Positions 26,129 through 41,059 of a DNA stretch of 64,000 bases are shown here, piece after piece. The translations under genes were made by a program, and so were the position numbers. Within the stretch, counting starts at the first letter, position 1, and each line of letters starts with the position of its first letter. The notes beneath the pieces were generated by a model. That model saw only the letters and a program-made list of their open reading frames with translations. It was not told where the DNA came from and searched no databases. Source of the stretch: Paramecium tetraurelia (lineage: Eukaryota); contig CT868352.1 in NCBI GenBank assembly GCA_000165425.1, positions 186,001 through 250,000 of the forward strand. The letters run 5' to 3'.

Positions 26129-29100
26129 TCATAAAAGTTAATCAGCATCAGATACTTCCTCTTTATTTATAGATTATTACTATATTAAATTTATTAAATT
26201 CTTACAAATATTCCAACACTATTAAATAACTTATCTTCCATTTGTTCTGCCACTGGATCATCCGGCACTTTATCATCATCCTCAACTTCTCTTTTTTAAA
26301 GTTACTTTTATACCAAGGCTGGATTAGTAAATTTGTCATGATCAGTACCATCTTCAAATTTCTCATTATCGTACCCGTCATCATTCTCATTATTATAATT
26401 CTGTTCTGGTTTATTACTTTTTTATTGAATCTCCAATTCCCTTTCTTTTCTTTTCTCTTCTAAGATTTTCTTTCCTTCTTCCTTCTATTACCTCTTTTTG
26501 TAAGCCTTTTGAATTTTAACAGCTACATCATCAAGCTCTTGCTATTCCTTCTGCCTTAATTCTTCTTCCTTCTTTCTTAATTCCTCTAACCTCCTTTCCT
26601 CTTTGAGTTCTTCTAATAATTTCTTTCCCTCTGATTTATTTTTTTTGTGTCTATAGGCCCCCTGTATTCTTGATGCTGCCATATTAATTTCCTCTTCCTT
26701 AGCCTTGATTTCCTTCTTAACTTCTATTTAATCATCAAGCTCTTATTCAAATTCAAAATCATAATCATCTTCATTATTTTTTTTATCTTTAGCACCTTTT
26801 TTTTGATTCTTATGTATTGAATCCCTCTCGTTTCTTTTACTCTCCAACATTTATTTTGCCTCATCCATTTATTACTTATCTTTGGAGCCCCTTTAATTTT
26901 TCAAAGCACTTTCCTACTATTCTTTCCTTAATTTTTCCTCCCTCTCCTTCTATCTTCTTATCCTGTCCTCCTCCTTTTACTTTTAGTCATTAACAAATTT
27001 TTCTCTTTTCTTTTACTCTAATAATGCTTTGGCTTCTGCGATTTATTTCTTTTTTTAATATGCTACCTATATCTTCAAAGCAGCATCCTCCTCTTCTTTC
27101 AATAACTTATCTTTTTCCTCTTATTCTTTTAATAATCTCTATCTCTCCAATTCTTCCTACTATTTTTTTGCTTCTTATTCAGCTAAGTATTATTCTTTCT
27201 CCTTTTTTTTCTATTCCAATATTTTCTTACCCTCTTCTTTCTACTTTTTTTGTTTATAAGCATTTTATATCAACAATGCTTTCTCCTCTTCCTCTTTTCT
27301 TAATTATTCCTCATATCTTCTTTATTCTTCTTCTTTTTCTTTCTATTTTTATTCTTCCTCCTTCCTTTTTCTTTCTTCTTCCTATCGTCTTTACTAATCT
27401 TATTTCCTTTTTTAATCTTCTAAAATCTTCCTTTACTCCAATATTTTACTTTGTTCTTCCTCTTATCTTTTCATCTCTTCTTACTGTTTCTTTAATTATT
27501 ATTCCTACCTCTCCTTCTTTTCTTTTTCCTCAAGATATTATCTCTTCTTTTCTTTTTACTCCTCTTAAATTTTCTTGCCTTCTTCCTTTTACTTTTTCTT
27601 TTTATAAGCAAGCTAAATCTTCACTACTGCATCCTCTTAGTCCTCTTAATCTTCTTAAGGCTTCTATTAGTAATCATCAAACTATTCCTAATATTCTTCG
27701 TCTGCATTGTCCTTTTTATCCTATTCTTTTGCTTTTCCTGAGGTTTATGAATTTTTATCCTCATCTCTCTCAAAATAATCATCATAATTCTCATTTTCTT
27801 CATCATGCTTTTAATTTTCCTTTGCAGACTGATAATTAGGATCATTATCAATTATTTAAGATGAATTTCTAGCATGACTTCTTATCTTGGCCTATTTGGA
27901 AGTATCTGAATTCTAGGTCTAAATCTTTATATAATCATTAGGGCTGTCTTATTTTTATGTATTAGGAGGAGAATTTAACTTTTATTAATTTTCCAATCTC
28001 GGCTATTGATTTGCCTTAAAATCATCTCTAAAGAATTACTCCCATTACAATTGAACTAAGTCCCTATACACTTAATAAATGTGAATGAACAATTAATCCT
28101 TTTACAATTCAGTAATGGATATTTGAGACTCTAATATTAGCTATTCAAATTATCTTATATTAATGTAGTCTTAATTTTGAAATTTCTACCTAAATTTCCT
28201 TGTAAGTTCTTCTTTATTTTTTAATAAAGTCTATAATTAAACAAAGTATTTACTTTTCTAACTTCTTAATAAATTGATGATCCAGGATAAGTGATGTATT
28301 CTTATATAAGTGATAATATCATATTCTTAAGTCTATTGGCACTTATCATTTTTTGAATTGGTTAATCATATCCATCACTTTTGAGTAATGCTTTTGCAAA
28401 TTTTTAGGCTTTGGCTGCATCCATGTCTAATTTGGTCTTTAAAAACTCAACAACTCCATTCTCATTTAATCTGCCCTTATTCAAAGTAGACAATTTCTAA
28501 AATGATATGAATTTAATACTTCCTTGAATTTTGCAAAGGGTATGTTATCCAAATACAATTAACAACGTATTTCATCTGCATAACACTGTGCCAATTCTTA
28601 ATCAAGTAAAATAGAATCTGTGCTATTATTCTACCTTAATTATTCTTATTATTGAAACTATTATATTTGTTGCTATTAAGAAATATTATTATTCTAATCC
28701 TTGGGACTGGATGATTGTTATTATTATAAGTTTCTACCTTATTTCTACTCCAATTATTTTCTATTGTCTGATTAAAATTTCTTTAATTGTTACTCCAATT
28801 TTTGGATCTTCTCTTTTTATTCTTCCACTAAGTAATTCAATTTGGTCCTCTCTTCTATATCCTTATCAATCTCCTCCTAACTGATTAAATATTAGCCATT
28901 AGTTCCTCTCTTCTTGAATACTTGTAACTTTTGATTTAACAACTAGATATCTCTGCCTTGCTTATTCAATTATTTCTATTATTGCTGCACTTGGTGTTCC
29001 AATTAAGTATTCCTCTCCTCATAAAGTCTAAAATCATTAATAATTTTACTTGACAATCTATACTAATTCCTAATTGTCCTTCAGGTAGGTTTCATTCTGC

Positions 29101-29918
29101 TGTTGCAACTCCTTGACAAATTCATTATTTGATGAGTGCTCCTGAGCATGACTATGATATACATCAATTTACTTTTATTATTATTATAGTATATCATCTC
29201 TTTCTTTTAGTAGTTCTCTCAATCTCTAGAGTTCTTCATAGACTTCCCTGATTTCAGCCTTGATTATGAGATATTGCTTACATCGAGCTCTTAGAATTTG
29301 CTTACTTTAGCATTTTTCTTAAAATTTTATATTGTTATTTCCTTTTCTCTCAATTCATTTTGTTACTCCTTGATTTGCCTTTTCATTTATAGAAATAGTG
29401 ATGTCTAAGAATATCAATATGGAATTCAAACCTCAACTCCCAATTTCATTTGCACATTTTTCAAATTACCATTGTTTTGAAAATCCTCAATGATTCTCTC
29501 ATATTTTTGTATTGTTTTCTAGCTATAAATTATTAGCAATTACTTCCTATTATAAAATGGTTGTCCTCAATTAATAATTATCTGTCTTCAAGTGGTTGAT
29601 TTGTGTTTTAGCTTAAGATAAATGCTCAAAAAGTCTTTCTTTGTCAAACACTTCCATGTTATTTCTAAAAAAATCAGTTTCTTGTTAAATCTATCTTGCC
29701 CTTATTTCGTTCTAACCACTTTGTGGTCTCTCCTCTATCAAGTTATTCACTTTAACCTTTTTCACACTTCTTAAATTAAATTAAGTTACATTTTAAATCC
29801 TTTAACAGAATTTCCATAAGGTTGACTAGTCGGTATTTTTTAATTAGGGTTTTTGGCTGACTGAGCTCGAATCGCTTTCTACCATTTTGAATAAAATATA
29901 TACTTATCTTTCGGACAT
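26129..29918 (-). CDS. Large E/K/Q-rich coiled-coil protein with IQ-like motifs
   Basis: Long E/K/Q-rich frame; MAASRIQGAYRHKK and DAALKIQVAYQKKK IQ-like motifs; several short introns near the 5' end. Confidence 0.7.
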
Positions 29919-30001
29919 GTAAAATTAATTATTAATAATATTTATATAGCAATATATTTAAATAGAAGTTGCAGCAACCTAATTTGAAACAACAGTATTT
30001 A

Positions 30002-30677
30002 TCATTTGTTCAATTAAAAATGTACCCTCTTTTGCGACTGAGTATCATTGCCACACTGCCCCTTTTTAAATTGACTGTACTTCATTTCCTATTTTAAAAT
30101 GCTCTTCACCGATTTATTGTCAGCACTTTGACTTCTCTAACTTTCCCACTCTTCTTTAATGAGTTCTTCTTTCATCTACTTGTGTTCACTGATAGATTTC
30201 AATTTATCCAGTCTTTTTGAATCAAATGATTTTAATGAATTTTTTGGTTGGAAATCGCACAAAGGAGAATCATTTTTCCTTTTCTTCTTCAATGAAGCCT
30301 AAGAAAGGAATCTTTCCTCATTTGCCTCCTCAATTTTTTAATGAAAATCATCTAATTACATAACTATCTCAGCCACCAATTGTATGTCCTTATTCGATTA
30401 TTGTTCCGATTCTTGCTTACTGTGAATTGATTTATTATCAGCAAACGCAGGTGTTTATGGATCATCAATTCGAAATTGACCACGAGCACCTTTTTGCTTT
30501 TGAATTGGAGACCTTTTCATTACTCAATGAGAATAAATACAAAGGTTGGTTTTTGTTTTTCTTCCCATCACTTGAACGATTCGGATCTTTCGATGACTGA
30601 GCCGTTTCTTTCATACCAATCGCCAATTCTGATGCTTACTCATCAGTATTAATTGTACAGCATTACGAACTTCCCAT
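30002..30677 (-). CDS. Hypothetical protein with predicted N-terminal dual acylation
   Basis: Starts MGSSQCCTINTDEQ; probable short intron ~30520-30540; ends KRVHFQLNK-TGA. Confidence 0.65.
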
Positions 30678-30847
30678 TAATTAATCAATTAATAATAAAA
30701 AGGAACTAACTAAACCTATATTTGATATTTAGGATATAACAGTTGAAATAAACAATAATCCTGAACAAATATTAATTATAAAAAACTACTTGATTAAAAC
30801 GATTAAGTTGAGTTAAATAGATTTAATTATTTTGTTAATATGGTATA

Positions 30848-32590
30848 TCAAATAGTAAATTATTTAACTTAATCTAAGATTTGAGTGTTTGCAGAATTAG
30901 CAGCCATCACTCCATTGTATTTTATATCCATGTTCTAAAAACCATGAGGAAGACTTTCAAAAACCTTTAGTTTAATACTTTCTAATCCATTATTTTTACA
31001 GTAATGAACAAATTCTACGGAATTGTCCAATAATACATCTTCTGAACCCACAAAAATGACAAAATCTTTAGGAAATTGTTCAATAATTTTCTAAGGAGTT
31101 TGAATAGGAGACAAATAATAATCATTGGCTATAACTGATTCGTCTTTTATATAGCTCTATCGACACAACATTAAGAGTCCCATAGGTATTATCGAATCAT
31201 TCATACTTTTGAGATTAGAAGGTACTACATCTTACAGATTCAAATTAAGAGCTGGATATTGTAAGATAATTTTATCTGGAATTCTTTAATTGATTTCTAT
31301 TGCTCTGATTATTATTCCTAATGCCAAATTTCCACCAGCTGAATCTCCCATCAGGATGATGTTTTTTGGGCATATGTTGAAGTAGGCAGAACCAAAATGA
31401 ACTATCCACATGTAATATTGCCAGCAGTCATCAAGTGCCTAAGGAAAAGGAAATTCAGGGGCTAAGCGATAATCAATTGAAAAGACAGCCGCATTATCCA
31501 ATTTGTTAGCCCATTTTCTTGTATATGATTAATGAGAAAAGGAAGACTATGAGATGAATCCTCCTCCATGTATATGAATGATGATATTTGAAACTTTATT
31601 TAATCCCATTTCTCTGATATCTGTTCTTGATGCAACACAACTTGCACCAAAAAATGTCAATGGCTATTGTAATTATTAAATATGTTAAGTCTTTTATACC
31701 TAAAATTCACTATTTGTCAATCTCCTCACTACTTATAAAATATCTTAATTATTTATTTTATGCTTAAAGATTTATTTATTACACATGACTCTAACCCTAA
31801 TGTCATTTTCATTTTGTTTCAGTCTGATACTTCTGAATGCAAGCTAATAGAGTAAGTTATTTGGAATGTCGGTTGAACAGGTATTAAAATTATGCAAATA
31901 ATCTAAAGTTATTTGATTGAATAATCTTGGAATATAGATTATTTTCTTTAATTTAACTTTTTCTAATTGTAATTTAAATCCCGCTTTTACTATTTTTGAC
32001 TCATCAATAATTCTCCATAACTATAATACATGTTCAAGAGTAGGATTTGTGATTACTTATGTGGCAGCAAGATTGGCTTCCTCTTAGTTTGACATATAAT
32101 AGAGAGCCTTCAAATTCTTAACAACACATTACATAGCTTGGCATTGATGTTATTTCCCAGAACTAACGTAAGCATGCCCTAAAGATATTTTTTAATAAAA
32201 GTTGTTTAATTGTTATTTAATTTTGTCTGATTAATCCAATTTGATTATTTCTATGTTTGGAATATTCATATATTCCTCTTCATTAAAAATTGTATTTTTT
32301 GGCTTTTTATTGATATAAGGTAACATCTCAGTAACCTTTTTTATTTTTTAAAGTTCGAAAGCCAATTTTATTGAAGTTCCCCTACTTTCTTCCATGTTAG
32401 ATAATTCATCAATTTTTGAAAGTACATCATTATAAATAATATTTAAACATTTCTTCACAAATTTATTATTCCCGTCTTGAGTATTCAAACTTTCTATTGT
32501 ATTTTTGAACTCATTTAGAGTCTAAATGATGTTTTGATTATTTGTTTTCTCAATGATACCTGTTATATTGATTAATTCTTCTTCATTCAT
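30848..32590 (-). CDS. Hormone-sensitive-lipase-like (GDXG) esterase
   Basis: IIHIHGGGFIS, YTRKWAN, SIDYRLAPEFPFPQALDDCW, GDSAGGNL, SSHGF. Confidence 0.92.
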
Positions 32591-32740
32591 TTAATATATA
32601 TATGATAATTTTATATGATTAAAATGCAATAGGTTCATACAACTACTAATTAATTAATAATCAATTGTCCTTCTAAATTAAAAGCATATTGTGAAGAAGT
32701 GATCTTTATTGATAATTGCATAATTTATTTATTAAATATT

Positions 32741-34313
32741 ATGAAATTTAGTCAATCTCCAAAATCAACTTTCAATCAAAATTTCAATCCACCTCCTGGT
32801 TATTATATTGGTAATGATTTACATGATATGCTGAATACTATTAAGACTAAACCACCTCAATAATAATTCTCAAAATCTGATCGATTTGGTCAAATTCAGG
32901 AAATTATACATCCTCAAAGTAAAACTGTCGAAGGATTTGATAAAATTGCGTATTAATCCTCATTAAAACATTCCTTCTAAAATAAGAGATTACAAGATCG
33001 TAATTACGTTTATTAAGCCTAAGTATGTAAGTTTAATCAATTATTGTAGTCATAGCAATATTTGAAGAAGACTCAGGAAGTCGAAAATAAGATGAAGAAT
33101 TTGCTTATCAAACAAATGGAAAACTGTTTAAACTAATAGCTAGAAATAACACCATCAGGATAATGCGTTTTAGATAAAACTAAACTGTTGCAAAAACTAT
33201 AGACTATAGCCCCATTACAAGTACGAATATTCAGCTATGTCTTTAGCACCCTGGTCCTGGGCATTATAATTCAAATGAAACCATAATCAAGCCAAGAGTA
33301 AGAGGAACTATTATTAAAGAGGACAGTAAAAGAACAACTTACTAAGAACCCTTCTTGACTGCAGATGTCATCTATGGAAAATAATTAACCAATAATGGAT
33401 AACAAGAATCAGAACTCAATCTCACTCAAAAGTAAAAGTAGAAAAAAATCAAATTCTTATAAGGAGACGATTATAACTTAGAAAAATTATTTGAAAAAGA
33501 AAAGAAAAAGAAGGAAAGATAAACTGCTCCACCACCTGGACATTATGATATTGAATCCCAATTTGGAAAAATAACAGAATTAAATTATCAAAATTAATGT
33601 TTTGATAGTAGAGAACCAAGATTTAAATATATTGCAGATGTCAACCCAGGACCTGGCTAATATTTAGCAGATAATCAATTCAATGAAACTGGGGGATATA
33701 TGTCTAAATTACCTAGATAACCTCCAAAAGATAATATGATTGTTCCTGTTGGTAATTATATTGTATAAGATTTATCAAAACCCTAAAGAAGGGATGGACT
33801 CTTTCCATCTAGTTTTGGTTCTGGATCTAAAAGAATGTAAGATGGAATAATTAATAATGACGCTCCTGGTCCTGGTAGCTATGATAATTTGATGTTAAAG
33901 AAGAAACAGTTTAAATATGTTTTTAAAAAGAAAGAGAAAAGACCTATGTATGAGAAATGCCCAGAATCATTTGGATTATCAGTGGCTAAAGAATTAGTAT
34001 CTGTTAATACCACAAAAGAACGCAGCAAATCTCTATAAAAACAAGTATTAATGATATAAAACTTAAGTAATAATCTTCTATGTTCTCCTCAAGTGTTCAA
34101 AGATTTAAGGATAAAAAGATAACCGAAGAATTGGGTCCAGGAAGTTATACTGTGCACGACTAATTTACCAAAATTACTTTTAATAAGGGAAATGATATCT
34201 TTGGTAAAGGATAAAGAATCTAATAATAATAATAATAAGAAATTGGTCCTGGGGCTTATGATGGCGATTACAAACTACTTAAGAAAAATTTTGTTAGAGA
34301 TGTTCATTTTTGA
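32741..34313 (+). CDS. SHIPPO/ODF3-like PGPGxY (STPGR) repeat ciliary protein
   Basis: Repeats PPPGYY, PGPGHY, PPPGHY, PGPGQY, PGPGSY, GPGSY, GPGAY. Confidence 0.85.
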
Positions 34314-35285
34314 TTTTATAATATGTGTAATTCAATTAATACATTTATTATTGTTTTTTATATAGTTCCTCTTTGGTTCAAATTATATAGAGTAATGCTT
34401 ATAGTTTATTTTTAATATTATCTTTTCATTAAATATATAAAACTTCTTCATTATACTAATGATCGATACCTATTAATAACTAGTAAAGTATCTAAGCAAC
34501 AATGTCTCTAGTATTTATTTTAATCTTATAAAAAATACTATAATAAAAGTTTTATTATTTATCGAAGACCTTCTTTTCTCTAATTTTTTGTTTTATTTTC
34601 TGACTTTTCTTTATTCCTTAACTTTTGAGGTTTAATCTCCTTAATTAATAGAATTTTTAACAATGAACAGAAAAAATTTCTTATCCATTAAAAAACAAAC
34701 TACCTTATTTTATCTTTCTATTACATTAGGAAACATAATAACTAAGTTAGTGTCTTTCAATACTTTAAATTATCCTTATTAAAATCTAATTTGGCTCACA
34801 AACAACACATTTAAACTGTTGAGCTTATGCATATAATTATATAATAATACAATTGGAAGTAAATGTAATTTATTCTGTTCAATTCAATTTTGCATTAAGT
34901 AAACTTGACACTCAATCTTCAAATAATTATTTTTAAAGCTCCTACAACTTTAACTAATGATTATCTTATTTACCATGCTAAAATTGTTTAATTCATGCAA
35001 ATTGCAGTGAAACATACCTACATTTTGATTTGAATTAAGATTATCTATTATTTTTCAAAATAAAATAAGTCATTAACTAATAGTAAGCTGCTTCATTATG
35101 AGAATAATTTTAAGTCCTACTTGTTATCACCATATTAAATAGTGGGCATAAGCAATAGTTTAAAATAAATAAATCCATTTTTAATTCTATCAATATAGAA
35201 AATAAATGATATTAAAATTCAAATAATAGATTAAAATAATAACTGTTCTAAGCTAACACTATAATATCAACCTTATCTGATAATA

Positions 35286-36095
35286 TCAATCATATTATAT
35301 GTATTATTAATCACAATCATCATCCTCATTTTGCATACATGCCAGCAAGTCAATAACACCTTTTTCATATTAAGTCTTTGTTTCTAGTAAATTATAAAAA
35401 TTGAGGTAATAATTCTCTATTTATGATGAAAAATTCTTTTTTTGTTCTGGTTCTTCGAGTTCTTTGAGTTCAGTTATGTATTTTGTAAAAAGACATTATA
35501 ATATAGTTTCTGCTGTTTTCAAATTTTAATTTGTCTGTTCAGAATACAATTCAGAAATGTTTCTTCCCAAGAGTTAATATTCCAAATAGAGGGAATATTC
35601 ATTTAAAAACTTCTCAGTTAACATCGGTGCTATCTTTAATAAAGGAGGGTAGTTTTTAAATTTATCAAATTTATTCACGAGTTAAGGTTTGCCTTCAATA
35701 ATTTCAAATTCAGGATAAATGAATCCAAAAAAGAAAACAACACAATTTTTCTTTGATTTTTCAACAATTTCACAATAAATCCCTATTTGCTTGGCTAGTT
35801 ATATTTGGTTATTGTTAAGAAATATGCCTGGCACATCTGAAATGTTTAGTTTGACCTTATAGTTGCGTTATAAATTCTAGTCAGGTTTGGGGGGTTTTTT
35901 TGTGCCTGTTTGTTAAAAACAAATAAATCTTCCCAAACGTGATAGCGTTTAAATAACTTGTGTACTTTACTAATTAGAACTCCAAGCGTCAGTTTTAGCT
36001 AGAGGCTTTGAAGTATTCATTCCCTTCGGTTTACCAATTTTGTTTATTCTTTTTTCAATACCTGGAATTTTGGATCCTTAATTCTATTATTACAT
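35286..36095 (-). CDS. Hypothetical protein
   Basis: Open frame from ATG 36095 (MQQQNQGSKIPGIEKRINKIG..) ending GVIDLLACMQNEDDDCD..TGA. Confidence 0.6.
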
Positions 36096-36112
36096 ATTTT
36101 ATTTAATAAATA

Positions 36113-37995
36113 TCATTAATTATTATCTTCATTATACATTTATAGCTTTTATTAGACAACGATTAATCTCTCAGCAAGTGTTTATTTCTATTTTTCTATT
36201 TTTAAAGAAGATATACTTATTATAATTCTAAGATATTTTTTTCGTTTAACACAATTTTTTCATACTCTTCTAAAAAGGCAATCTTTTACTGAATTTTTTC
36301 CATTTGAACATTGATGATGGCATTGATACATTGATTTAATTTGCTTTCTTCTTTGACAATTTCGGCTTCGGCCTTTTGGATTGAGTTCTCTTTGAAATTA
36401 ACAATCAAATTTTGATCAAGGTCATTCTTAAATATGATACACAATTAATACTAAACTATTCTAGAGGTTGGTTTATTATTGTAGCAAATCTGAATGAGTG
36501 GTTCCATTGCATAATTTATCACCGTTTGGCTATTTGGGTTCTTCGTCTTGATTTAAGCGTTTGTGGAAAATGGATATATGATAAGCATATAGATTGGAAG
36601 AATCAGAGAAAATTTATGGCTAATGTTTAAATATTATAAATAATACTTCTTCACTAGCAATTTTACTTGCTAAATCATAAATAGTCCATTTTTATAACTA
36701 TTCTTTTACATCTAAAGAACGGCTAATGGAAGATTGCTTTTTAAGTGGATATATTAGAAAATTAATTAAAATCTAGACGACATCCAATTTGACTTTTCTG
36801 TTTTCATTCACAAATTCAGTAATTTTATCCCAACCTATTTCTGGGTTGTCTTGGATGTAATTTAGCATTTCTGACAATTCCAGATCGTTTAATTGCGAGT
36901 CGGATAATTCTGCCTAATCAATTGAGATGTTGGTGTTTTTCAATCTTTCTTCAATGTCAGTTCTAAAAAAGTCCTCTGCACAAAGAATGTTTGGGAAGTG
37001 ATTATTTCCATAGCATTTAATACATAGAATAATTTCTTTAATATCTTTAATAGGTTTTTGTTGGTACCAAACTAAATTGCATTTCATTTAACATGAGTCA
37101 CAAATAGGCCTAATATTATTTTATCTTGTAACCTTAATTTAAGCGATAATTCTCTTATAGAATCAATAATTTATTATTCACTTAATTAATATTGTTGCGA
37201 ACTATTTTTCGATTAAAACAATTCTTTGAATAAATTATCAGGAATAGCAGGTTACGGTATAATTTTGCCCTAGTATTAATCTGAGTCCACTTGAGAATTG
37301 ATAATTCCCCAATGATTCAAAAAACCATGAATTCTAACGATAGTGCATGCATCAGCAGCTAATTGTCTTCTGCATGCAGTAGTTGTCAAGTAAACGTTCG
37401 GTGTGTTATAATATAAATTGATAATAAAGTTCCTATGTTTCTTATATAGTGAAGGTGTTTTGTGTTTGTTCTCTTGATTGAAATATTCTTTAAAATTCTC
37501 CTTCTCAATTGAATGTATTTTGTCGATTCTGAACCATGAAGTGCAAGAAGGTACAGTGATTTCAAAAGATCTCTTTTTAGTCACGAAAGGATCAGGAGGG
37601 AAAATTTCAAAATTCTAAGGTGCGATTGGTTGATTAATCAAATTCTATTGTATGATGGGCTTGTAGGGAGGTGGAGGAGATGGATAAATGATGGGTTGTT
37701 TGGATTGTTAACCTTGAATACTTTATTGCATTCCTGGAGTTATTTGTTAATATAAGAACGATTATTACGGAGAGAGTATTGCTGGACTAATTTGTAATTA
37801 TTATTAGGGTATTTATGTTTGGGAATGTAATGATGTTGTTTGAGACTTATTTTTAATCTAAACTGTTGATTGAGGAGGAGTATTTTGAACAATGCTTTTT
37901 GGTATTCGAACAGTGGTATCTGCATCATGAACAATAAATCCATTTGCGACTTTCTTGAGAGTAACTTTAACTTATGGCATTTTCTTCTGATTCAT
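36113..37995 (-). CDS. SWI/SNF subunit SWI3/Rsc8/SMARCC-like (SWIRM, ZZ-like, SANT)
   Basis: VPSCTSWFRIDKIHSIEK..RNFIINLY..YLTTTACRRQLAADACTIVRIHGFLNHWGIIN; CDSC..CIKCYGN; C-terminal coiled coil. Confidence 0.92.
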
Positions 37996-38062
37996 TTAAT
38001 ATATATATTTTATATATAATTTATATATATGAAAATTTCTATTTTAATTAATTTTGTATAAA

Positions 38063-38514
38063 ATGAATACAAAGTCATTTGAAGTTTTGATACATTCATA
38101 ATATGCCTTCCACAGATGCAGAAATGAAGTGCATAAGTACGAAGATTGTAGATAAACAACATCCCCAATCCCCAAAGATCCTCGTCTGTGTAGGAATACT
38201 GCCAGAGAATTGGTAGGATGCTATAAGGAGGCGTATTTAATATGATGTTTTATGATCATTAGAGAACGTATGCACCCATTGTGTTTGGCACCTTTCAACG
38301 ATGTCAGAGAATGTGTTTTCAAGGCTGATGGAAATATCTTCAATTGCAAGAAAGAATCACAATAATTCGTTGATTGCCAGATGGATTAAGAGAAATATCA
38401 AGATTTCTTGGCTGTAATATAATATAATACAAATAGCTTTCAACAGATAAATAAAAAGAAGCTTTACAATTTGATTTCTTCAACTACAGAGGCCATTTCG
38501 ACAAGTATAGTTGA
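38063..38514 (+). CDS. Twin CX9C mitochondrial protein, complex I NDUFA8-like
   Basis: Four CX9C motifs: CRNEVHKYEDC, CRNTARELVGC, CLAPFNDVREC, CKKESQQFVDC; two tiny introns. Confidence 0.75.
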
Positions 38515-38575
38515 GGTAGTAGTGATTTATAAATATAAAGACATAATAATATTAATAATATCGATATTTTATTAG

Positions 38576-39408
38576 ATGAGTGACTAGCCTACCCAATATT
38601 AAGAAAAGAATAGAACCCAACATCCAAAGAATCATAATCCTCGTTATTCGGATGATAATAATTCTTAGAACAAATAAGGACACAATTTTAGAGACTCCTA
38701 TAAGTACAATCATTTTAATATCCTACATAGTAAAAATCAAAATCATTATCGTCAAAGCAATGGCAACTACTCTCACAATTATTATAATAATAAATAAAAT
38801 AATTACAGATACACTCACAAACAAAGAGATCAGCCCTATTACTCCTAATCTGATTCCATTACTTATGATCAAAAACACTCTGTGCAATCTGAAAATCAAC
38901 AATAAACTAATAAAGACCTTTTCTAATAAAACAATCAAGATTCAAAATCACGGAATCAAATCAAAATTGGAGACCCATCTATACAAAATCAATAATTATA
39001 GGAAATTGAACAATCAAAGCAAGTTCAGGTGTCTAAAGATATACAAGGGCAATCAATAAAAAATACATAGTAATCACAAAATTAAATAAGTGGTTACCTA
39101 TCCTCAGATGCCAAGGAAATATCAAATTCATCATATAATGAAACAATTACAAATGTAAATGCTAAATAAAATGATTCAAACTAAAACAATAAATAACTTC
39201 TTGGCATTTCATAATAATAATTGATTTAATAAAAATAAATACCATTATTAGTATAATTTTTGATTCTACCTAATGACACAACTTCACAACCTTAATTGAT
39301 CCCATTAACATTAGTAATTATTAAACTAATTATCTATAGTAAAATTTAACATAAACTTACGAGTAATTAAAGCTATTAATTTAAAATGATGATTAACAAT
39401 AGAGTTGA
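38576..39408 (+). CDS. Low-complexity Q/N/Y/R-rich hypothetical protein
   Basis: MSDQPTQYQEKNRTQHPKNHNPRY..; 26-nt intron 39314-39339; TGA 39406. Confidence 0.65.
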
Positions 39409-39496
39409 GATGTAATAATGTGTGTGTGCATATAAGATATTATTAATATAATAAATTACTAAATAAATATACATATTCTGGTTTTACATAAAATAA

Positions 39497-41059
39497 TTCA
39501 CAAATCAGATTTGCTTTTGTTTTATTCTGTATGTGTAAGCTAAACATTTTGTTTAACGAAGGCATAAAGATTCTCTTTGCTAAATTCTTAATCAAAATTG
39601 ACTGGATTAGATGTCACCTTTGGAATGTATAATTTAAATCCTGGATAGTTTTCAATCTTCACACTCTCCAAATCATTGTATGATAAATCTATTTGAGCCA
39701 ACACTAAATTTTCATTGCCCTTCAATTCCTTAGCCAAATCTTCAAATTCTGGTTCATAACTATAATGATAAGATTAATATGTTACCATTTGCTACTGGAT
39801 GTTTGGCAAAACTAAACTAAAGTGCTCTTATTTGAATTCAGAACCAATTCATCAAAAGTATCACCTACAACTTTGAGAACATTTGATGTTTGAGTTGGTA
39901 TAGGTTGAGATTTTTATTTTCTTGCAATTTTTCCGTTGTTGGCTCCATGAACAAATCTCATAACATTCTCAACAGTAATCTATCCTTCGAATTTATAGAC
40001 TTCATTGGTTGTCTTATAATAATACAATGACAGGGAATGTGGGAGTATTAATGAACAATTGACCTGTTACTTGATTCAACATGTAATTATCAGAGTAAAC
40101 AGAAACTACAGTGATTCTTTTTTTGATGTTAGGAGCTATCAATTTTAGAACATCCTTTGTTTCTTAACTTTATTGACTCCAAAAGAGAATCAAAGCTGGT
40201 GTATTTTTATTAAATATGGATGCGTAGCTCTTGTTGTCTAATTCCTCAAATGATGGAGTTGAATTCTCGTATAAGAAATTTGTTAATTTTTCTAAGGTTA
40301 TTTAATCTGTGAATTCCTTTCTTCTCTCTTCAAATGTTCTAAATAAGACGATTTATCCTTCGTCTACGTCGTATAATTTCTATAACAATATTTAAATAGC
40401 TTACTCTGGCATAGGCTGAAGTGGTATAACCAAATTTCAAATTGGGGAATATTTTGGCAGCCAATGAATAAATCTGTAACTCTGGTTGTTGAGAATCCTT
40501 AACGAAATATAATACACTCAAATTATTATCACTTAAAAACTAAAATAGTGAGATCTTCATTAATACCTTATAAACATCATCGATTTCATCAACTCTTACT
40601 AATTTATCCTCAAGAGCTTAAGTTACAAAATTCTTTAATCCATTAGCACTTCTATCACCATTATAAGGTACTGCATGCCCTTTAATGAGCAATATTATTG
40701 TTGGGAAACTTGATACTTTGTATCTATTTTTCAAATTAAATTAATAAACCTGTTCATAGCTTATTTTTCCTGATCTCCACCATTCAGTTTGGCAACGATA
40801 AAAGGTTGGCCAGCTTGTTTCACTTGTGTAGCAAATTGAGAGTACTCGGGGGCAAATTGTTTACAATGACCACACCTATAATGAAAGGTAAAATATCAAT
40901 TTAAGACCATGATGCATAAAACTCAACCAATAAGTAATCATACTACTTGATAGCAGCATTTATAGTATTATCATTAAGTACTAACACATCTTCATCATAT
41001 GGGAATGTGTATCCGAATGCTGATAGTCCAAGCAAACAAAGTATTAAAAACTTTAGCAT
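39497..41059 (-). CDS. Protein disulfide isomerase family
   Basis: Signal peptide MLKFLILCLLGLSAFG; LVEFYASWCGHCKQFAPEY (split by an intron); C-terminal KSDL ER-retention-like signal. Confidence 0.93.

Noticed and set aside
27024..27839. 271-aa hydrophobic plus-strand ORF in the track
   Set aside because: Antisense shadow of the E/K/Q-rich coiled-coil gene on the minus strand
38580..39059. 159-aa I/K/N-rich ORF in the track
   Set aside because: Off-frame reading of the Q/N-rich gene starting at 38576
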